In this document: positions 1 through 13,303 of the stretch, one piece after another
Layout of the letters: each line of letters opens with the position of its first letter
How positions within the stretch are numbered: the stretch's first letter is position 1
From: Octopus vulgaris
Taxonomy: Eukaryota
Length of the DNA: 64,000 nt
Reading direction: 5' to 3'
Assembly: GCA_951406725.2 (NCBI GenBank)
Contig: OX597817.1
Span: forward strand, 117,490,001 to 117,554,000
The notes under the pieces: model-generated
Seen by the model: only the letters and a program-made list of their open reading frames with translations
Told to the model about the DNA's origin: nothing
The model's database searches: none
Made by a program: the position numbers and the translations under genes

Positions 1-751
1 ACTATCACAAAATAAAATAAATACAAATCTATATAAACAAAATATAATAGAGATCTATGGGTATTCTTCCACATGGAAATCGATTCGGTTTCCTCACACA
101 ATCTTATAACAAGTCATTTGCCTATAAACCCAAATACCTTTTACCAACCACTCCTTTCTGCTTTACCCCATACCATAATTCTAGTAATAATCCCCCTCTC
201 TCATTTTCCTTCGCCCTAACGAATTTCTGTTCTGTTACTGAGTTGTATATTGTATATACATTTCCTGTACACCCTCAATCCAATGTTTTCCATTGTGTGC
301 AGGTGCTAGTTAATGTTACGTTGCCAGCTGGGATAAACAGCTTCTATTGTCCATGTGCATGTAAGGTCTGTCATATGTTACACTATGTCTGTGCTTCTAC
401 TTGCTGTGTGTGTGTGTGTGTGTGTCTTTCCTCTTTTTTTTTCTTTTGCGCTGGCATGTAATTCTTTCTACAGTATTCATTACATTTCAACATGTTCCTT
501 TTCTTTCTCTCCGTATTCTTTCCTGATTCTCCTTCCTCCTCCCTAACACAAATACATACACACAAACATACATCTATACATCTATAGACAGGCACATGCA
601 GAAAACACATAAACATATACATATGCATGCACACTTGCACATACAAATATATATCTATCTATATCTGTGTGTGGGTCTGATGTGTGTTATATGTGTGTTT
701 GTGTATATGTATGTATATATTATATATGTACATATATATACATATATTTTG

Positions 752-792
<41 letters not shown>

Positions 793-817
793 CATAAAAA
801 CATACATATAGACATTC

Positions 818-853
<36 letters not shown>

Positions 854-1040
854 CAAGAGGTAAAAGGCATCTAGGCAGATATCTAGAAAGCACTCAGTGT
901 TAAATGAATTTGGTTAAGTATATCAAACAATCAGATACTGATAAATTCAAATAGAATTAGCATCCAAGGTAATTCGTTATGTATAATAAGTAAATCCAAA
1001 TATTGTTTAGAATTTGCTTTTAATTCTTAATTTAATATAT

Positions 1041-2200
1041 TTTCACATGTGCTATGCCACAGCACATCAGCAAGTATATTTCACTCACTTGCATGTAAGT
1101 CAAAGACCAGAGATTCAAATTGTTTCCAGATGGTCCTAGTACATGGTAGTGATGAGCCATAATAATTGTGAAATATCGATATCTACCATTGTCAGTGATT
1201 CTCAGGTGAGTTGTCTGACTTGTCTGTGACATACACGTGGTTTTTAACACTCGATGTCATATAGGGGGTATTCTCTGGATGCTATAGCAAATTCAGTATA
1301 TAGACACATTTACATGGTGCATGTGTGATTGATAATGTTTACATAACTAGACCTACTTTTTGTAATCTAATTTGCTTTCACGTGTGCTATGCCTCAGCAC
1401 ATCAGCAAATAGATTTCTCTCTATTTGCATATAAGTCATAGACCAGATATTTACTTCTAGCTTTATCTTTCAAATATTTCATTGTATATAGGTTTAATGC
1501 AACAAATTAATTCTTAAGTTAATAAAGGGAAGGTACTTTATATGCCTATATGTATATGTGATATAAGCAATGTGAGTGATGGCATGGATATTTTATCAAG
1601 AAGTTTATTTTTATATTATCCAAATACATAATATTGAGAAGCCACAATAATGGTGAAATATCAGTATCTATCATTCTTGTGAAGGCACATGGCTCAGTGG
1701 TTAGAGCGTTTGGCTTATGATTGTGAGGTTGTGAGCTCAAAACCTGGACTGGGCTGCGTGTTGTGTTCTTGAGCAAGACACTTTATTTCACGTTGCTCCA
1801 GTTCACTCATCTGTAGAAATGAGTTGTGATGTCACAGGTGCCAAGCTGTATCGGCCGTTGCCTTTCCCTTGGATAATACTGGTGGCATGGAGAGGAGAGG
1901 CCGGTATGCATGGATGACTGCTGGTCTTCCATAAACAACCTTGCCCGGACTTGTGCCTGGGAGGGTAACTTTGTAGTTGCAATCCCATGGTCTGTGTCGT
2001 GACCGAAGGGGATCTCAGAATCATTCTTGGTGATTCTGAGGCAGTTGTCTCACCTGGTCTGTGACATTCAGATGTTCTTTAACACTCAGCATTGTGTACG
2101 GAGCTTTCCTAGACACTATCCCATAACAAATTTAGCATATAAACAGAACATATACATTGCACATATATGATCAGTAGCGTTTACATTACCAGAGTTGCTT
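1041..2200 (+). repeat. Old ~336-bp tandem duplication; the second unit is interrupted by an insertion and the SINE
   Basis: 1041-1113 matches 1376-1451; 1155-1352 matches 1638-1679 plus 2030-2195. Confidence 0.75.
1680..2019 (+). mobile_element. tRNA-derived SINE, family A (CORE-like central region)
   Basis: A-box TGGCTCAGTGG and B-box-like GCTCAAAACC; core CTTGAGCAAGACACTTTATTTCAC. 10-bp TSD ATCATTCTTG at 1670-1679 and 2020-2029. Second copy at ~16655-16938. Confidence 0.85.
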
Positions 2201-3256
2201 TTAATTGGTAATTTGAGTTGACCTCATATTTATATCATACTTGTGTACTAAGAATATATATTACATGAATATTAAAATATTTATATATTTGTACCACACA
2301 TATATTTATGTATGTGTATATATATATATGTGTGTATATATATATATATATGTACGTATATATTCATGGATATATACACCATGTTTTACACATACACACA
2401 TTCATTAAGATATTGTCTCCTATATACAGTATCTGATGTTCTTGACATTATTTGGCTATTTGGTAATATGTTTTGCCAAATAAGGCAGCATAGTACTATG
2501 TAAAAATATAATTTATTAAAAATATCTCGTATCTTTTGCAAGTACAAGAAATGATTGCTATTGCAAGTGACCCATTTCACTGTCAAAATACCTTTGAATT
2601 ACACATCTTAGGTACTTTATGACTGGCGATAACATGAAATTACAAAATTTCTATTAAATTTATAAATCATATATCACTCAAAACAGCGAAAATCTTTTTT
2701 TGAGACTTTGTTTGGTCCAGCAGAAACCCCTTAATCAAAGGTATCCATGTCTCAAGTTGTTATCAAGCTAATGTGCCTTTCGCCCCATCCAAAGAAGTAA
2801 CTACTTTTATTTTAGCTATTGTCATACCAACTTAATTCATAATGCTTTTTCTGTGGCAAAAAGTCTTTTATGAACAACTAAAATGTATTGCCTAAAAAAT
2901 TATGGTTAGAGTGTAAACAATATCACTTGAGAACTCATGCTTTGTGGAAAATTTTGAAGTAAACTACTGTTTAAGGCATCATGGGCTGAAACAATTAGAG
3001 ACAAACTCTTATTGTTCACTATTGTAGTTTCACACTTTGTAGCATGTTCTAGGATTCTAATATGTTTCACAATGGAATTTGCATGCTGCAAGAAATAGAA
3101 CATGAGTGCTTATGTTCTGACTAGAAATAAAGAGGTATATGATACAATAGATGTCATAGTATTTGACATAGATCATAATCTTGTAGAAACTAAACAGAAA
3201 TCCAAAGTAAGACTTAAAATTTAGAAACCAAAATTTTTAATGTTCAAGATATTTCA

Positions 3257-3420
3257 GGCGTAGGAGTGGCTATGTGGTAAGTAGCTTGCTTACCAACTAC
3301 ATGGTTCCGAGTTCAGTCCCACTGCATGGCACCTTGGGCAAGTGTCTTCTACTATAGCCTTGGGCTGACCAAACCTTTTGAGTGAATTTGGTAGACTGAA
3401 ACTGAAAAAAGCCTGTCATA

Positions 3421-3480
<60 letters not shown>

Positions 3481-3712
3481 TATGTATGTATGTGTGTGTG
3501 TGTGTGTTTGTGTGTCTGTTTTTGTCCACCCAATATCGCTTGACAACCGATGCCGGTGCATTTATATCCCCATAACTTAGCAGTTCGGTAAAAGAGACCA
3601 ATAGAATAAGTACTAGGTTAACAAAGAATAAGTCCTGGGCCGATTTGCTTGACTAAGGGCGGTGCTCCAGCATGGCCACAGTCACATGACTGAAACAAGT
3701 AAGAGAGACTAA
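3257..3712 (+). mobile_element. tRNA-derived SINE family B with internal (TA)n(TG)n microsatellite
   Basis: Head GGCGTAGGAGTGGCTATGTGGTAAG...GTTCAGTCCC, core GCACCTTGGGCAAGTGTCTTC, tail GACTGAAACAAGTAA(AAGAG)n. Many copies in the window. Confidence 0.88.
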
Positions 3713-6095
3713 GAGGGAGTCTGTCCAACAAGAACTATAATAAACTTTCATTTCACTGTAACATACTACAAATAAGATGCACTCTAAAACAACATTTACT
3801 AAATTTATATATATATAGGGAGAGTGTTTTTTATTTTTTGGTTTACCCTATACATTTCTTTGTTGTCATGTGAAATCTCTGATATATAAATTTATTATTT
3901 CTCTCCCTTTATTAGTATTCGTAGTAAGAGGACTTTTATGAGATAATAACCAACCACACAAACCCTCCCCCCAACTCTGAAGAACAAAATTTGAAAATGC
4001 TGCATTCTGACACTCTTTAATTACTTGGTTGAAGTTGGAGATAAATACAGAGGTTGAATGACATCCATAGAACACACACACACACACACACACACTTAGT
4101 AACATTTACATTAAAAGTTATTTATTTTCAATGAAGATAAAGGAAACAATTGGATTGTGGCTTGCTTAGATATGCTGTGCAATGAATGCAAGAGCATTTA
4201 TAAAGCTATAAGTAAATGAATTAAATATATGTATGTAGTTTTGTACAATCATGTTCTTAAATGCTTTTCTAAAGATGCCAAATTAATCTACATGTTTGTA
4301 TGTATTTAATCTAAAAGACTTTCATCCAATTATTGTTTGTATACCTTTTATACATTTAGTTCTTAATGACATTAGCCAATGCTTTTGATAAATAATCACT
4401 AAGATTGTTAATGTATTTATTATATAAGATTTGACACCTACTTTTTCCATGGGGCAAAGATAGATTGCTTACAAAGAGTTTGATAGGAATTTTTCTTTAA
4501 ATACTACAACCTTACTGAAAAGGTAAAACAGAAAATCTGTCTCTCATGAAAGAACAGAATTCCATTTCAGTTGTTTAAAATTATGCACATATAACTTCTA
4601 AATTATAGTTATTATTGTACTCTTGGCATTTTGAAACAACTGCTGAAATAAGTAATTATATAATTTCTTTGTCTATAAATTTTGTCCATTATTTTATAAT
4701 CTGATATTTTTTTGTGCTACATGTAAATAAGTGTATCAAGCCTGTGTTTACCTCAACCTCCACAACAGCTTGATTTGGAGTTTTCTTATAATCACTCTCA
4801 ATGCCATGGGCCTTGCCCTGGATGAAGAAGTCAGAAGTTCAGTTCACATTCATTTGAGTTCTTCTCTGTGTTATCTTTACTGAGCTTGTTTAATTTTCAT
4901 CAACTCATTATATAAATTATCCTTTATACGTTTCCAAATACCTACTTTATTCATTCATGATCGATTATTTCAAATACCAGTAAGGTACTTGGGCTAATAT
5001 ATTCAAGTTCTCATCAAGAATTGAGAATGTTATGACCGACTGGTTTCTCCCACAGAAATTTGTAACCTATTTCATGCCTCTGTTAGAAATTATTACTCTT
5101 ACGTGTGGTTGTAAAACTATCATTTTATTATCTGTACTGAAAATACCATATCATCTACATAAAAAAAACAAAAACAAAATACTAAATGATTGAAACATTT
5201 GCTGTTATTTATTTACTTTTTTTTATTTCGAATGATTCTCACACCTATCTTCGTGCAGTAGCTAGTAAAAGAGAAGCCTTCAGATATCATGCGATTATTG
5301 TCAGACATATATTTTCTTTATAGTTATCCATTATAGATTTTTTTTCAGTTTCTTTCTATTTTTTTTTATATTCTAGTTTTACTGCACAATTTTCCCCCAA
5401 CCAATTATTTTCCACTGCTGATTAAGGAATTATGATTGTTACATGTTTCACAATTTTTTTTTTTCCCTTTTTCTTTGGTGTCTGCAAAATTTCTCCAACA
5501 TAACTACTGCATAGGTATTTTGCTCTTGTAAGTCTATAGGTTTCATTTTTATATAAGTATGCATTATATTGTTAACTGATACTTCTCTTCACTTAGCTTA
5601 TCTTTCATATCATATTTGTTTTACTTTCTGATATTTATCTATCTGTTTATTTATTTATTTACTTTATATTGCCCGACTCATATCTCGCTAACTCTTCTTT
5701 GCAATCATATTTGCAATTTTGATTTGTAATATTGGTAACTTTTATTTTTATTTTTATTTTTTCTGTATATTTCTTATGCATTTATTTTCTGTTTTCTCTT
5801 TCTGTAAGGTTAACATGTGGGTTGCAGAAGTTATCTGAACATATTTGCTTTGATGGGAAATTATACACTTTATTTCCTTTGATTTTTGAAATACTAATTA
5901 CTTATGTTACTGATCTGGAATATAAAAGAAAAATAAATAGTAAAAAATATTAATAAAAAAATTAAAAGTTTTAACAAGCAAATTTTACAATGCATGTAAT
6001 AATAATAATTTCTTTCATTAGCCACTAGTGACCAGATTTTGGGTGATAGAACAAAGGCAAAAGGCAAAACAAACAAAAAAATTAATAAATATGTG

Positions 6096-6146
<51 letters not shown>

Positions 6147-6429
6147 TGTGTGCATGCGTGTGTGTGTGTGTCTGAGTGTGTATATATATATATATACATA
6201 GAGATAAAAGTGAAAAATGGACAATAAAACAATGACAGTAGCAGATATGTGATACTAAATATCAATAGCAATGTATAACAGTAACAAGAAAGTAGTGTGA
6301 AAACGAGAGACATAATATATAAGGTAATTTGAGATAGTCAGCACAAAACTTTTAATTTTCCCAACATACAATATTCAAATGAAATCTACAAGATTATGTT
6401 GGCAGCATGTAAGTACACAATTTGAATCC

Positions 6430-7800
6430 ATTTAGTCATGTCGATTTCAGTACCTTCAACCACTTTTCATACAATTTACTTAGATGACAAGTCTTCTCTC
6501 TCTACCCTTACCTCCCTCTTGAAGTGGTGTTTAAAGACCCTAGTAAGAGTTTAGCCTGAGTGGGAAAACTTACCCCTCATACCTTTCTGTAATATCCATT
6601 ACACAACTTCTCTTGTAATGGCCATCAATAAAAAAAAACCCAACTCACTCTCCATTACAAAATGATGGCAGTAGGTCAATATAAATGATAGTCTTGACAG
6701 ATAACCAGAACTATCTTGGTAATGTGATTACCGATGGTTGACATAAAGTAGCGGGAACATTGAAAAGTACATGCTGGATGTTTTAGTTACCCTGCACATG
6801 GTTAGTTGTCAGTGCCAACATGTGATCTGTAGAGTTTATCTCAAACAGGGAAATTCCCCCACACTGCAGTATTTGCAGGGCGAGGACTTTTGGAAATTGT
6901 TCATATTTCCCAACTTGAATGTCATCTGGAAGCATCTATTCCAATTGTTTTCATCGACACCTAAAAGTACTCTCCAATCAGTATTATATCTTATGCCAAT
7001 CCTCTATAAAATCTAATGTTGACTTTCTAGGGGTCATACTGTTCAGCTGGTAGAGTACAGTAAGCACCTGGTGACATTCTGTATGCTCAACATCCTGTTT
7101 TGATGCTTTGATCTTCATTTGAGACAAGATTCCAGGTAGGAAACAAGTTGTAAAAACAAGTCCCATGCAGTGTGAATACATCACCCATGTCAACTAGGAA
7201 TCTCTGTAGATATGTCAGTGACAGCACATGCCAATGTATCATCACCCATGAAAGAGGAGACCCTCTTGGTGTGAATATTTAATAGCAGATGATTCATTAC
7301 CTGCCCATCAGAACTTATACCTTCCATAATTTTGTTTGAAGAGATGTTATTTAAGACAGGGCACTAAGTCTGGTGGTAGTAAACCATTAATGCAATGTAC
7401 ACATTCGTGTACCAGGTACACAATGTGAACAGTTTAGAATAGAAGCTTTGAAGCACTAACAGCTATGTCCCACCCTTCAGGTTGTTATAAAAAAATATAA
7501 TTGTGAAATAACATCTAACCTCAAGTGACGGATGAGCAACCAGTATAATGAGATGTTTGATCACATCACTTCTTGTTCTTGCTAAACCTGAATACATGTG
7601 GACGCAAATGATTCAGCATTTATGTCCAGAAGAATATGCTACTACTTTGAAGAATAAACAAAGAAGTGATAAAAGAATGTAGGAAGTATGGTACATAATA
7701 TCAACCTAGCTGCGATTATCTGCAGTTCCCTAACCACATTGTTAGATGTGGTACCAGGCACTGGCTCTCATGGCTTCTTAACTAATTGGGAGTGTTATCA
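6430..7800 (+). mobile_element. Highly decayed LINE-like region
   Basis: GC elevated over the flanks, with only faint RT-like remnants. Confidence 0.3.
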
Positions 7801-7887
7801 TGCACATGTTTTGTCTTGGTATAAAAGATGTACCCTAGCATCACTTTCATGGCATGCATTGCTCTCTCACTCAATAATAATAATAAT

Positions 7888-8097
7888 GGTTTCAATTTTT
7901 TGCACAAAGCCTGCAATTTAGGGAGAAGGAGCCAAGTTGATTAAATTGACCTCACTGTTCAACTGATACTTATTTTATTGACCCTGAAAATATGACAGGC
8001 AATTTCAACTTTGGCAGAATTTGAACTCAGAATGTAACAACGGACTAAATGCTAAGCATTTTGTCCAGTGAGCTAACGATTCTACCAACTCACCACC

Positions 8098-8098
<1 letters not shown>
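7888..8098 (-). mobile_element. SINE family C
   Basis: Reverse-complement match to the family C unit, flanked by (TAA)n. Further copies at ~17035-17180(+), 18400-18590(+), 26955-27150(+), 42150-42295(+), 43310-43510(-), 43930-44130(+), 52000-52200(-) and 59100-59280(+). Confidence 0.75.
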
Positions 8099-8155
<57 letters not shown>

Positions 8156-8460
8156 TAATAATAATGATAATGATGATGATGATGACGTGAGGAAAGAAAG
8201 GAGAAAATATTGATGAGTTAAAAGTTGAACAATAACATTATTTTTCAAGTACTTTTCCTAATTTTAGTCATCAATGAATACAGAGAAAATAAATAAATTA
8301 CATAACAAGATACATTGTATACAATGACCAAGGAAGCAAGATAGTATAGTAACCAGGTAATTTTCCTTGCTACGTATGCAAGAAGGAACAATAGGAACTT
8401 AGATTGTTAATGATTCGTGATCATGACATTATGCGAAGTAGGATAAAGAAAGACAATTAT

Positions 8461-8498
<38 letters not shown>

Positions 8499-9160
8499 GG
8501 AAGAAATATATAGAAGTCATAGGAGCACATAGAGTAAGGGAGATGTGAAAAGGAAGAAGATACATATAGATAAATGAGATTCATGGGGAGAAAAGCTATT
8601 TCAACATAAAACACAAAAATCACAAAAATTAGGAAGTGTATTTCGTCTGTATTAGAAACAAAAATGGACATTATTCCATTCAGTTTCTTTCCTGAAGATA
8701 TTACAATAAGAAAGAAAAACGTTTAGTCACGATTGTTAAAATGTTTGATTTACATACTTTTCTTAAGAGAAAGAATACAAGATTGTGAAACTAGTAGATA
8801 AAGAGAATTAGGACTACGGCATGATGTAAAATACTAATACATTTTACATTTGTGATACTATATAAAGTATAAATGATTATTGGCCAACATGTTATATATC
8901 ATGAAAGCATAATACAATGTCTACCATCTAGTTACCTTATAACACATTACAAATATTCCATATTGCACTGTTAAATATGTTAGCTAACTCTGCTATGCTG
9001 GTAGCATTTGTACAATTGTGTTTTACAGTATACTTTTGTGTTTACATTTTTATTAGCACCTGAGTAACACATTAACCTAAACTTCTTCATGGAAAAATAT
9101 TATTGCAACATATTTAACACAATTCTTGTTTCAAAGCTAATAAATTAGTAATATTTAGAA

Positions 9161-9553
9161 TGGTGGCGGCGCAATGGCCCAGTGGTTAGGGCAGCAGACT
9201 CGCGGTCATAGGATTGCGGTTTCGATTCCCAGACCGGGCGTTGTGAGTGTTTATTGAGCGAAAACACCTAAAGCTCCACGAGGCTCCTGCAGGGGATGGT
9301 GGTGATCCCTACTGTACTCTTTCACCACAACTTTCTCTCACTCTTACTTCCTGTTTCTGTTGTACCTGTATTTCAAAGGGCCGGCCTTGTCATTCTCTGT
9401 GTCACGCTGAATATCCCCGAGAACTACGTTAAGGGTACAATTGTCTGTGGAGTGCTCAGTCACTTACCCGTTAATTTCACGAGCAGGCTGTTTCGTTGAT
9501 TCGGATCAACTGGAACCTTCATCGTCGTAACCGACGGAGTGCTTCCACCACAC
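9161..9553 (+). mobile_element. tRNA-derived SINE (family D)
   Basis: A-box TGGCCCAGTGG and B-box GTTTCGATTCC. 11-bp TSD AATATTTAGAA at 9150-9160 and 9554-9564. Tail shared with 30365-30660. Confidence 0.85.
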
Positions 9554-9940
9554 AATATTTAGAAACATTATTACTGTTATACAAGAGTTAGTCTTTCAAA
9601 GAAAAAATAAGCGATATGCTGATTTCAATATCTGGTCTAAAATATATTCTCATTTGTAATGTTAAATCTCTTGAGAAAGCAACAGATGTCATATATTATT
9701 TCACTTTTTAAATATCTGATTTTTGTGTCAGTATGGAACTAGTTGTTATAGAATATTGCAATTTATTAACATGTGAAAGTAAAACCATTTTATGCAGAAA
9801 CGAAGAAGTGGTAGTTCAACTTGTATCAAGCATTATTAAAAATGTTTAATTATCTCATTAATAATATTATTTATATACAAGCAGAGATATTTATAACATT
9901 CTAAACCTTGCCCTATTTTTAAAAAATGGCACTGAAAGGT

Positions 9941-10402
9941 ATCATCATCATCATCATCATCGTTTAATGTCTGTTTTCCAAGCTAGCATGGGTTGGGCGG
10001 TTTGACCGGGGTCTGGGAAGCCAGGAGCCTGCACCAGGCTCCAGTCTGATCTGGCAGTGTCTTTACAGCTGAAAGCCCTTCCTAACGCCAACCACTCCAT
10101 GAGTGTAGTGGGTGCTTTTTATGTGCCACCGGCACAGGTATCACAACTACAATTTCCATTTGATATTTATTTTGATGTTGATGCACTTGACACAATAGGT
10201 CTCCTCAAGCACAGCAGGTCATCCTACTATCCAAGGTAAGCACAGCAGGTCGCTCTGCAATCCAAGGTACTTTGAATGGGCAGGGACTATGCGAAACTGG
10301 TGCAGGAAACAGCCATGAACTCACATTATTTGTCAGGTCTTTGCAGTCACAGCATATCTCCAGAGATCTCGGTCTTTCATCATTGCGTCTGTGAGGCCCA
10401 GG
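9941..10402 (-). mobile_element. RTE-related 3' end / non-autonomous retroposon with (GAT)n tail
   Basis: (CAT)n followed by CGTTTAATGTCTGTTTTCCAAGCTAGCATGGG. Shares AGGAAGGGC.TTCAGCTG with the 3' end of the 20.4-kb RTE. Confidence 0.65.
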
Positions 10403-10909
10403 AATAATAATATAATACAGAGTATCCAAAGGCCTACTCTTCTGGATAATGATCAAAAGAAATTTCTTTCTTGATTACAAGAGATCATAAATAAAATACA
10501 TTCATTTACCATACAAAAGTCATTAGAAGACATGAAGTAATGTACATAAGTACAATGATCAATGAAAGAACTTAATGCAATATGTAAGACAGGTTTGCAA
10601 ATATAAACATATAGAAAATACAGCAACTCACCTCACTGTTAATAGGCCACTATAGCACTATTTTTTCCAATCTGATCATGTTTCAAAAACTGGTTTTCAA
10701 CAAAATGCTTTTAAGTTAATTTGGATTTAGCCAGTCCAAGACAGAATGAGATTCTGAAGCATGACTCTTAGGCTGTTGGTAGACATTTAATATGGACTTT
10801 GTTAATTGTCAACCGACTCATTCATCCTTTCCTTTCTGAATTTGCACTCACTGAGAAAATAATATGCATATAAGTGTCGATGTTTATCTCCTTGTCTGGA
10901 AACAAATAC

Positions 10910-11135
10910 TCTTTACTCTTTTTACTCTTTTAGTTGTTTAAGTCATTTGCCTGTGGCCATACTGGAGCACCATCTTTAGTCGAGCAAATCAATCCCAGGA
11001 CTTATTCTTTGTAAGTCTAGTACTTATTATATCAGTATCTTTTGCCGAACTGCTAAGTTACGGGGACGTAAACACACCAGCATTGGTTATCAAGCGATGT
11101 TGGGGGGACAAACACAGACACACAAACATATACTC

Positions 11136-11180
<45 letters not shown>

Positions 11181-11336
11181 TACAACAGGCTTCTTTCAGT
11201 TTCTGTCTACCAAATCCACTCACAAGGCTTTCGTAGGCCCGAGGCTATAGTAGAAGACACTTGCCCAATGTTCCACACAGTGGGACTGAACCCAGAACCA
11301 TGTGGTTGGTAAGCAAGCTACTTAGCATATAGCCAC
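10910..11336 (-). mobile_element. SINE family B
   Basis: Reverse-complement match to 3257-3712. Confidence 0.88.
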
Positions 11337-11554
11337 CAAATCCTAACCAAAAACAGTACACCTATTCAGAAAAACAGGATTGAAGTTGTCCTTTGGCAAT
11401 GTCTATCAACTTCATAAAGTGCATATTCATCTTGAAGCACACAAATTCCCTCCTCTCTCTCTCTCATACATATTCACATACTGATAGATAAGTTTAAGTT
11501 CAACAGACTGTCACCACTGCAACGATATTTGATTGAAATCATTCTTTTATTCAT

Positions 11555-12300
11555 TTCTTTTAGTTTCTTTGCTCATATTTCAGTTATTTGACTGTGGTTA
11601 TGTTTGAGCAGTATTTGGAGGAATTTTAGTCAAACAAATCGCCCCCAAGACTTATTTTTAAGCCTCTTTTACGGAACTGCTGAATTATGGGGATGTAAAC
11701 ACACCAATACTAGTTGTCAATTGGTATTGATGGGGAGGGGGCAAACAGACACAAAGACATGCAAAAATATACTCTTTTACTCTTTTACTTGTTTCAGTCA
11801 TTTGACTGTGGCCATGCTGGAGCACCGCCTTTAGTCGAGCAAATCGACCCCGGGACTTATTCTTTGTAAGCCTAGTACTTATTCTATCGGCCTCTTTTGC
11901 CGAACCGCTAAGTGACGGGGACGTAAACACACCAGCATCGGTTGTCAAGCAATGCTAGGAGGACAAACACAGACACACAAACACACACACACACATACAT
12001 ATATATATATACATATATACGACAGGCTTCTGTCAGTTTCCGTCTACCAAATCCACTCGCAAGGCATTGGTCGGCCTGGGGCTATAGCAGAAGACACTTG
12101 CCCAAGATGCCACGCAGTGGGACTGAACCCGGAACCATATGGTTGGTAAGCAAGCTACTTACCACACAGCCACTACTGCGCCTATATATATATATATATA
12201 CGATTGGCTTCTTTTAGTTTCCATCTACCAAATCCACTCACAAAGAGTGGATTTGGTAGATGGCAGGCTATAGTAGAAGACACTTGCCCAAGGTGCCATG
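11555..12300 (-). mobile_element. Nested SINE family B pair: young copy 11773-12182 inside an older copy
   Basis: The older copy's 3' half lies at ~11555-11765 and its core at 12183-12300. They are separated by a complete, CpG-rich copy at the position of the internal microsatellite. Confidence 0.8.
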
Positions 12301-13303
12301 CATGAGATGAAGTGTTTTGCTCAAGAACACAAGGTTCTATTTGGTCTAATATTTGAAACCATGATCTTACATTGACAAAGGCTTCATCCTAACCACTAGA
12401 GCATGGACCAACTTATGTGCATGCATGATATACATACACACACACACATATATATATATATACATATACTGTTCTGTCTGGGGAGAGTCATTTTCTTTTT
12501 GTGCCTTATAATGTAACACACTCACCGCTAACATTTCCACTTATGTCTTATTTTTATTTTCCTAAAATTTTCCTAAAATCCAAAAACGAAATATATACAT
12601 ATACACATATGTAAAAGTGTCTAGTAGAACAAGTACCAGATGTTAAAAATGAAATACTAGGATTTATTTGTTCGACTAAAACCCTTCAAGGCCATGCTCT
12701 AGCATGACTGCAGTCCAATGACTGAAACAAGTAAAGAGCAGCAAAAAGTCAAAAACCCATAAATTCTTGACTAATAATTTTATTACCAAACCTATAATTT
12801 GGCACAGACAGTTTTTGTCCTTTCTGATATACATTCAAATACAAAATCTTGACAGGGCTTGACTATCAATCTCCTGGTTGGCTTTTTATTATAGTCTGTT
12901 AATTGCACACTATTGGTGGTAAATAAAACATCTTTAGGAGAATAGATGTTTAGAATACAGAAGATTTAGTGTAATTAGTGCAAAAATAAGTGAATTTTCA
13001 AATACAGTTTTAACATATATTGATCTATTTGGATAATTTTGTTGCTTTTTACCCTCTTTATTCTAAGACTAAGAAAATTTGATAAAAATGATATTCTACT
13101 ATTAGATGCTACTAAGAATTTTGGCTGGAATTATATGTTACTCATAAAGTGAGTTAATAGAACTCTACAAACTCACATTAATAGGATATGTATTCGTGCA
13201 TACATTCATTCATAGTTACACATATAACAACACTCAAACACATACATATGTATGTGTGTATGTGTGTGTGTGTGTGCATGTTGTGTGTATGTGTGTGCAT
13301 ATA

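Noticed and set aside
57-461. 134-aa ORF beginning MGILPHGNRF, reminiscent of a Penelope GIY-YIG C-terminus
   Set aside because: The similarity covers only a few residues at the window edge; the rest is low complexity.
355-903. ORFs rich in [12 protein letters not shown] here and throughout the window
   Set aside because: Translations of (TA)n, (TG)n and (CA)n tracts, often with non-ATG starts that are irrelevant in a eukaryote.
1149-1218. C/D-box snoRNA candidate (GTGATGA...CTGA)
   Set aside because: No terminal stem, and the boxes are not kept in the duplicate unit.
9165-9240. tRNA-like sequences here and at 1683, 3257, 30370 and 54957
   Set aside because: These are SINE heads followed by SINE bodies and TSDs; they do not fold into complete cloverleaves.
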